A DNA stretch of 64,000 nt from Amphiscolops sp. MND2022 (taxonomy: Eukaryota). Each line of letters begins with the position of its first letter. The stretch's first letter is position 1. The notes under the pieces are model-generated. The model did not search any database and was not told where the DNA came from. It was given only the letters and a program-made list of their open reading frames with translations. Of the stretch, positions 59,701-64,000 are shown piece after piece. The stretch is taken from assembly GCA_964187785.1 (NCBI GenBank), contig OZ076409.1, positions 6,016,001 through 6,080,000 on the forward strand, written 5' to 3'. The position numbers and the translations under genes were made by a program.

Positions 59701-61880
59701 GATATCGTCCACATACTGGGCACACTGATCTGCTTTGATGACTTTGTCGAGGTATTCCCTCATGAAACTTGAGAATGCGGATAGTGAACGGCTAAGGCCT
59801 TGTGCCAGACGTCTGTAGGCAAATGTGCGACTGGCAAAATTGAAAGCTAACATTTCGATTGAGCGTTGGTCGGCCATTGGTAGGCAGTGGTATGCCTGCG
59901 AACAGTCTAATTTACAGAACAGTTTTTTGCCTGCCAAGTGTTGGGCAGCATCAACCAAGGTGCTAACAGGGTGGTTATTGTTGATATAATCATCCGAGAT
60001 GAGGTTGTTGATTTTTCTCAAGTCAACCAAAAGTCGTAGCTTCCCATTTGGTTTCTTTTGGGCGAATATTGGGCTTGCATACTTTGAGAACGGTAGTGTG
60101 GTTATTATGCCATATTTGTGCAACATGGCTAATTCGACTAGGATGTCCTCCTTCAGATTGATAGGAGCTGGAAGGCTTTGACTATAGGCTGGGGAATCGT
60201 CCTTAGGTGTCAGTTTCACTTTGAATTCCTCGTTCATGCCTATATCAAATCGGTGTCGTGCACCCGAGTAAGGGTGGAATCTTTCCAGTCAAAGTTTTCT
60301 AAGAATTTTGCACGCGATTCTGCATCTGTGGTGGGGTCGAGTGTCTCCAGGTCCTGTAAGGCCTGTAACTCGCGTAGGATTCGTTTTTGTATAGGTGTGT
60401 GTTCCTCAGGATTTCCAGGGTTTTCTGGAGTTGGGAACCAATAATTTTCGGAGTTTTGTGGGTTTCTATTGGTTTTGATGAGACTGCTGACATAATGGGC
60501 CGCTTGCTCCTGGTCATTCTGCAAAAGGTGCCAGGTTGATGCCGGGTCTACCGGTTTGACATACTTCATTTGTTCTGGCGTCATGACAGAGAAATTGGCA
60601 ATATGTAGTCCCTTTTTGAGTTTATAAGGGTGGTCTGTGAAGTTGCTTACTGGTATCGATATATTGCCGTCATTCAGAGTGACCAAGGCTGGGCAGAATG
60701 TGATGTCACCTTCTTCATGTAGGAGGTCGCTCGGTTGCAAAATCCCAGTGACAGTATTTTCAGGGTATAGTAAGGAATTAGTCCGGATTAGGACTCTGTC
60801 ATTTGGCGGGATGGTTATTTCAGCAGGGTTGAGGATTGGTTCAAGTACGTTTGAGTACTTATGGTCAGCTGTTTTGAGCTGCATTGAAAAGAACGGGAAA
60901 TTCAAAATTCCTTGTCTCATGTCCAGTACTGTATGATTTCGTTGAAGGAACATTAGGCCGATAATCGGACCTGTCAGGTGTTCCATGACTATAAAAATCT
61001 CATGAAACTCAATGTCACCAACTTCAAATTTGAGCTCTATGGTACTCTTAGGAGTTTCCAATTGCCCATTAGCAACCATGATTTGGAAATTTGGAGGTGG
61101 ACCTTCCCGGATAACAGATTGTGGAGATAGGAGTCGAATTTTCCGGAGGTCCATCTCAGGAATTGCACTGGAGAGCGCTCCAGTGTCGATAAGTCCGTCT
61201 ATGGTCAACTCCCCAAAGTCCATGGGGAAGTACAACATGCGTTTTTTGCATTTGAGATTGATGTTGGTTGACAATGGTATACAGTCTGGTTCACCGTCCC
61301 TGGTGATTAAGATATTCTGGAATTGCTTCTCGTCTAATAGTGATTGTGGTATGGGTTGAGCAACGTCTTCATGGGTCTCGGTCCCTAATGGGTTTGGGAA
61401 CACTGGATGGTTGGTGCCATCATTCATTTGCCAGTTTTCAACTAGTGCTCTGGTCTTTTTATTGTGGGTGATTGGAGGGTTCTCGTGGACTGTTCTATTA
61501 TAGTGCTCGATGTCGTCTAAGACATATTGAAATTGTAGTTGTTCCTGGTTGTAGATTTCTGTGTCCCAATAAGGGTCTCTGCCGTAGTCTGGATCTATGT
61601 AGGTAGGGTTGTAATTGTCAACCAGGGGAATAGGACTGAATCGGGTAGTGAAGGTAGTAGTATAATCAGGGTCCCAAACAGGAATTGGTTTTTGGAACAA
61701 ATGTGTGTTGTTATATGTGATGGTTATTGCTTTATCCATCTGTTGCTGCCAGACAACAGAGGGATAGCCCATCAATTGCTGATTGTAATGGTGGAAAGTT
61801 TGCGTTGGAGGGTCCGATCTGATGTATTGTCGGACAGATATTAGTTCGTTATATTGGAGTCGTGGCGAAGTTAGTTTTTT
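56719..61880 (-). pseudogene. pol: Pol polyprotein of element 2, broken by a frameshifting deletion near 60265
   Basis: LIDTGA, QYVDD, MTDAS, integrase motifs; residues between DWKDSTLT and ARHRFDIG present in element 1 are missing; AAAAAAC slippery site at 61874-61880. Confidence 0.92.
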
Positions 61881-63589
61881 GACTCATCATTAGGATATGA
61901 GGATTGGGAGCCCGATGATGTCGATTTGGTCTGGGGTTTCTGAGCCTTTGGATTGGGCTTATTGTCAGTTGAGTCCTCAGGTCTAGTGCGTTTGGGTTTA
62001 AGATGTGCACCAGCACCTTGCCAACATCGTTCTTCCGGGTGGTTCTTTTTGCCACAAGTGCCACACTCCGGGTATGTTTTCTTCTGCGTTGACTTGCCTT
62101 GTTGGGCATCTTTCTCTTTTTTCTTTTTCAGTTTTTCGCAGTCTTTGACCATGTGGCCTTTTTCCTTGCAATAATTGCAAGTAATGTCTGACATTTGCCC
62201 AGTGGACAGAGGAGTTTTAGATTTTGTAGTCGAGGAGGTCATTGTGGCCATTGGTAGGTCATCTGATTCCTCAAGGGCGTTGAGTTCCAACTCTCTCTCC
62301 AAATGAGCAACAATTTCATCATATGAGCCATTTTCTAGTCTGGCCATGTTGACAGACCGCTTCAACTTAGGTGGCAATTTTGCATAGAGCAAGCTGTCAA
62401 TCATTCTCTGTGCATGATCACCAAACGCCTTCTCGGCTCCCTGGTTTAATTCTTCGAGAAAATCAGGCAGCTTCATCGTATTGGGATCGAAGACTAGGCG
62501 GTGCCATTTATGTTTGGCAGTCGCCTGTGACTCGGGTTTGACGTATTTCCGTCTAAAGATGACTAGTACGTCCTCTAGAGTTTGTCGGTTGTTTGAGCTG
62601 ATATTTCTGAACGTCTGAAGAGCATTCTTCCTCAATAAAGAGTGGAAGTGATTGATCTTCATTTGCTCAGTCATTTCTGGCTGCATCTTGATCATAGTGT
62701 GAAATAGGTCTTCGAACAGCTCGAATTTCTCACTTTTGCCGTCGAATGTCATGGTATTTGAGTTGACTGGGCGTATGGTGAGTTGTTGGGCTGTTGGTCT
62801 ATTTTGCATCGTAGTCAAGACGTCTGCCAGTCGAGTGATGGGGTCGGAGTCAGCAGCCGTAGCGATTCTTTCTTGTGCTGGGAACGTCGTGTCGAGCAGG
62901 GGAAGGTCATCATTTGATCTGTTGAGATGACTGGTGGATGGTATTCGTCCCGTGAGAAACTCAGGAACTTCGATTGGAGATTCGTTTTCTCCTGTCACCA
63001 TGTCGTAAGCACGAGGGATCGTGCTCGTGAATCCGTCTTTGGGGCGGTCATTGGCCTGCTTACTCTTAGAATTATTCTAGGTTCTAAGTTTTGCAGCACT
63101 TCGGAATATCCTTCTGGTCTCTCGGCCGGAACATTCCATCTCCCTTTGGTCAACTGTCCAGACCCGGCCATAACTGCGTTTTGGGTTTGAGGCAAAATTT
63201 GACTACTGATCGCTTCATTTATTGCCCTGTTCGTCATTTCTGACGCTGTTCATCATTTCGTCCATTTCTCGAGACATACGGGAATTTAACTCGCTCGACA
63301 GTCTATTGATCTCAACACTTGAACTCTCCCTGATTGAATTTTGGCCTAATTCGGTATTTGGGCTAGGTCCATTATTTCCTGGGTTTGGGAACTCATTCTC
63401 ATTCTCATTTTCAAGTTCGTCTTCAAATAAGCTTTCTGGTCTACCGGCCTGATTACTATACATACTTTCACTTCTCTCATTTCTATCAAAGTGGTTTCCT
63501 CCGAGCATAATATCCAAATTCTCAATGTCTGATAGCATCTCTGCTTCTCTAGATTTCCTTGCTTTCTTCTGTTTCCTAGTAGTAGGCAT
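61871..63589 (-). pseudogene. gag: Gag of element 2; the LTR-encoded 5' part has two indels, the internal part 61871-63001 is open
   Basis: CNYCKEKGHMVKDC and CGTCGKKNHPEERC knuckles; combining the two LTR copies restores one frame from MPTTRKQKK to RAYD-MVTG. Confidence 0.88.
62989..63000 (-). promoter_or_regulatory. Primer-binding site TGGTGACAGGAG
   Basis: Directly abuts the LTR end; identical to the element 1 PBS. Confidence 0.88.
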
Positions 63590-64000
63590 TTAGAAAGAAA
63601 GTCCGAGGTTAATATTGAATTAGTTCGGAAAACTGGTAATATCAATGAACTGAACGTTATGGAAAGAAAGCAAATTGTGTCCCCTCAGAAGGGGGGTATA
63701 TGTATATATACCTCCTGAGGTGTGACACTCACATTTTCCACATATTATTGAAATGTTTACATACTCTAAAGGATCGTGAGATTTTACGAGGATTGGAAAA
63801 TAGCTATTGCATCAAAGCGATTCAGGAATTTAGGGTCGGAAGAATTCCTGAGGAATGCACTCAATTACATACTCATGATGGCTTCAAAGTACGGGGGACG
63901 GTTTAGCCCGCATTCCCGTAACAATTAACATCAAGGCAAATACATGTTCAGACACTTCAAAGTAATATTTGTGTCAACAGGTATGTGAGATATTTAAGGC
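63001..64000 (-). repeat. 5' LTR of element 2 (partial)
   Basis: Near-identical to 48802-~49803 with several substitutions and small indels. Confidence 0.93.

Larger units (their letters stand above)
48802..64000 (-). mobile_element. Ty3/Gypsy LTR retrotransposon (element 2), same architecture as element 1, defective gag/pol, 5' LTR cut by the window end
   Basis: 48802 onward repeats 63001-64000; PBS, gag, pol, antisense gene and ORF3 in the same order. Confidence 0.95.

Overview
Repeat-rich eukaryotic (probably invertebrate animal) DNA. Two related but well-diverged Ty3/Gypsy LTR retrotransposons lie on the - strand. Element 1 (59-16659) is complete, with 1680-bp near-identical LTRs, a GTTAC target-site duplication and intact gag and pol. 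Element 2 (48802 to past the window end) has frameshifted gag and pol. Both carry the same unusual cargo between pol and the 3' LTR. The first cargo gene is a large spliced ANTISENSE gene (6 and 5 exons, ~1074 and ~1276 aa, conserved intron phases and exon lengths) resembling a catalytically decayed hAT transposase with a BED-like zinc finger. The second is a sense ORF with a SIM-like N-terminus and a CxxC C-terminal domain that ends inside the LTR. In both elements gag starts inside the LTR and reads through the primer-binding site, no clear polypurine tract is seen, and integrase ends in a foamy-virus-like YNLRP motif. Between the elements are a LINE RT fragment, a dead Tc1 element, many Helentron-type and hAT-type non-autonomous elements, and tRNA-like relics. 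There are also host genes: a 3-exon pyrroline-5-carboxylate reductase, a CNC-like bZIP gene in which two introns appear to be hAT MITEs, and a possible secreted peptide precursor. All gene models were read by eye and no database searches were run.
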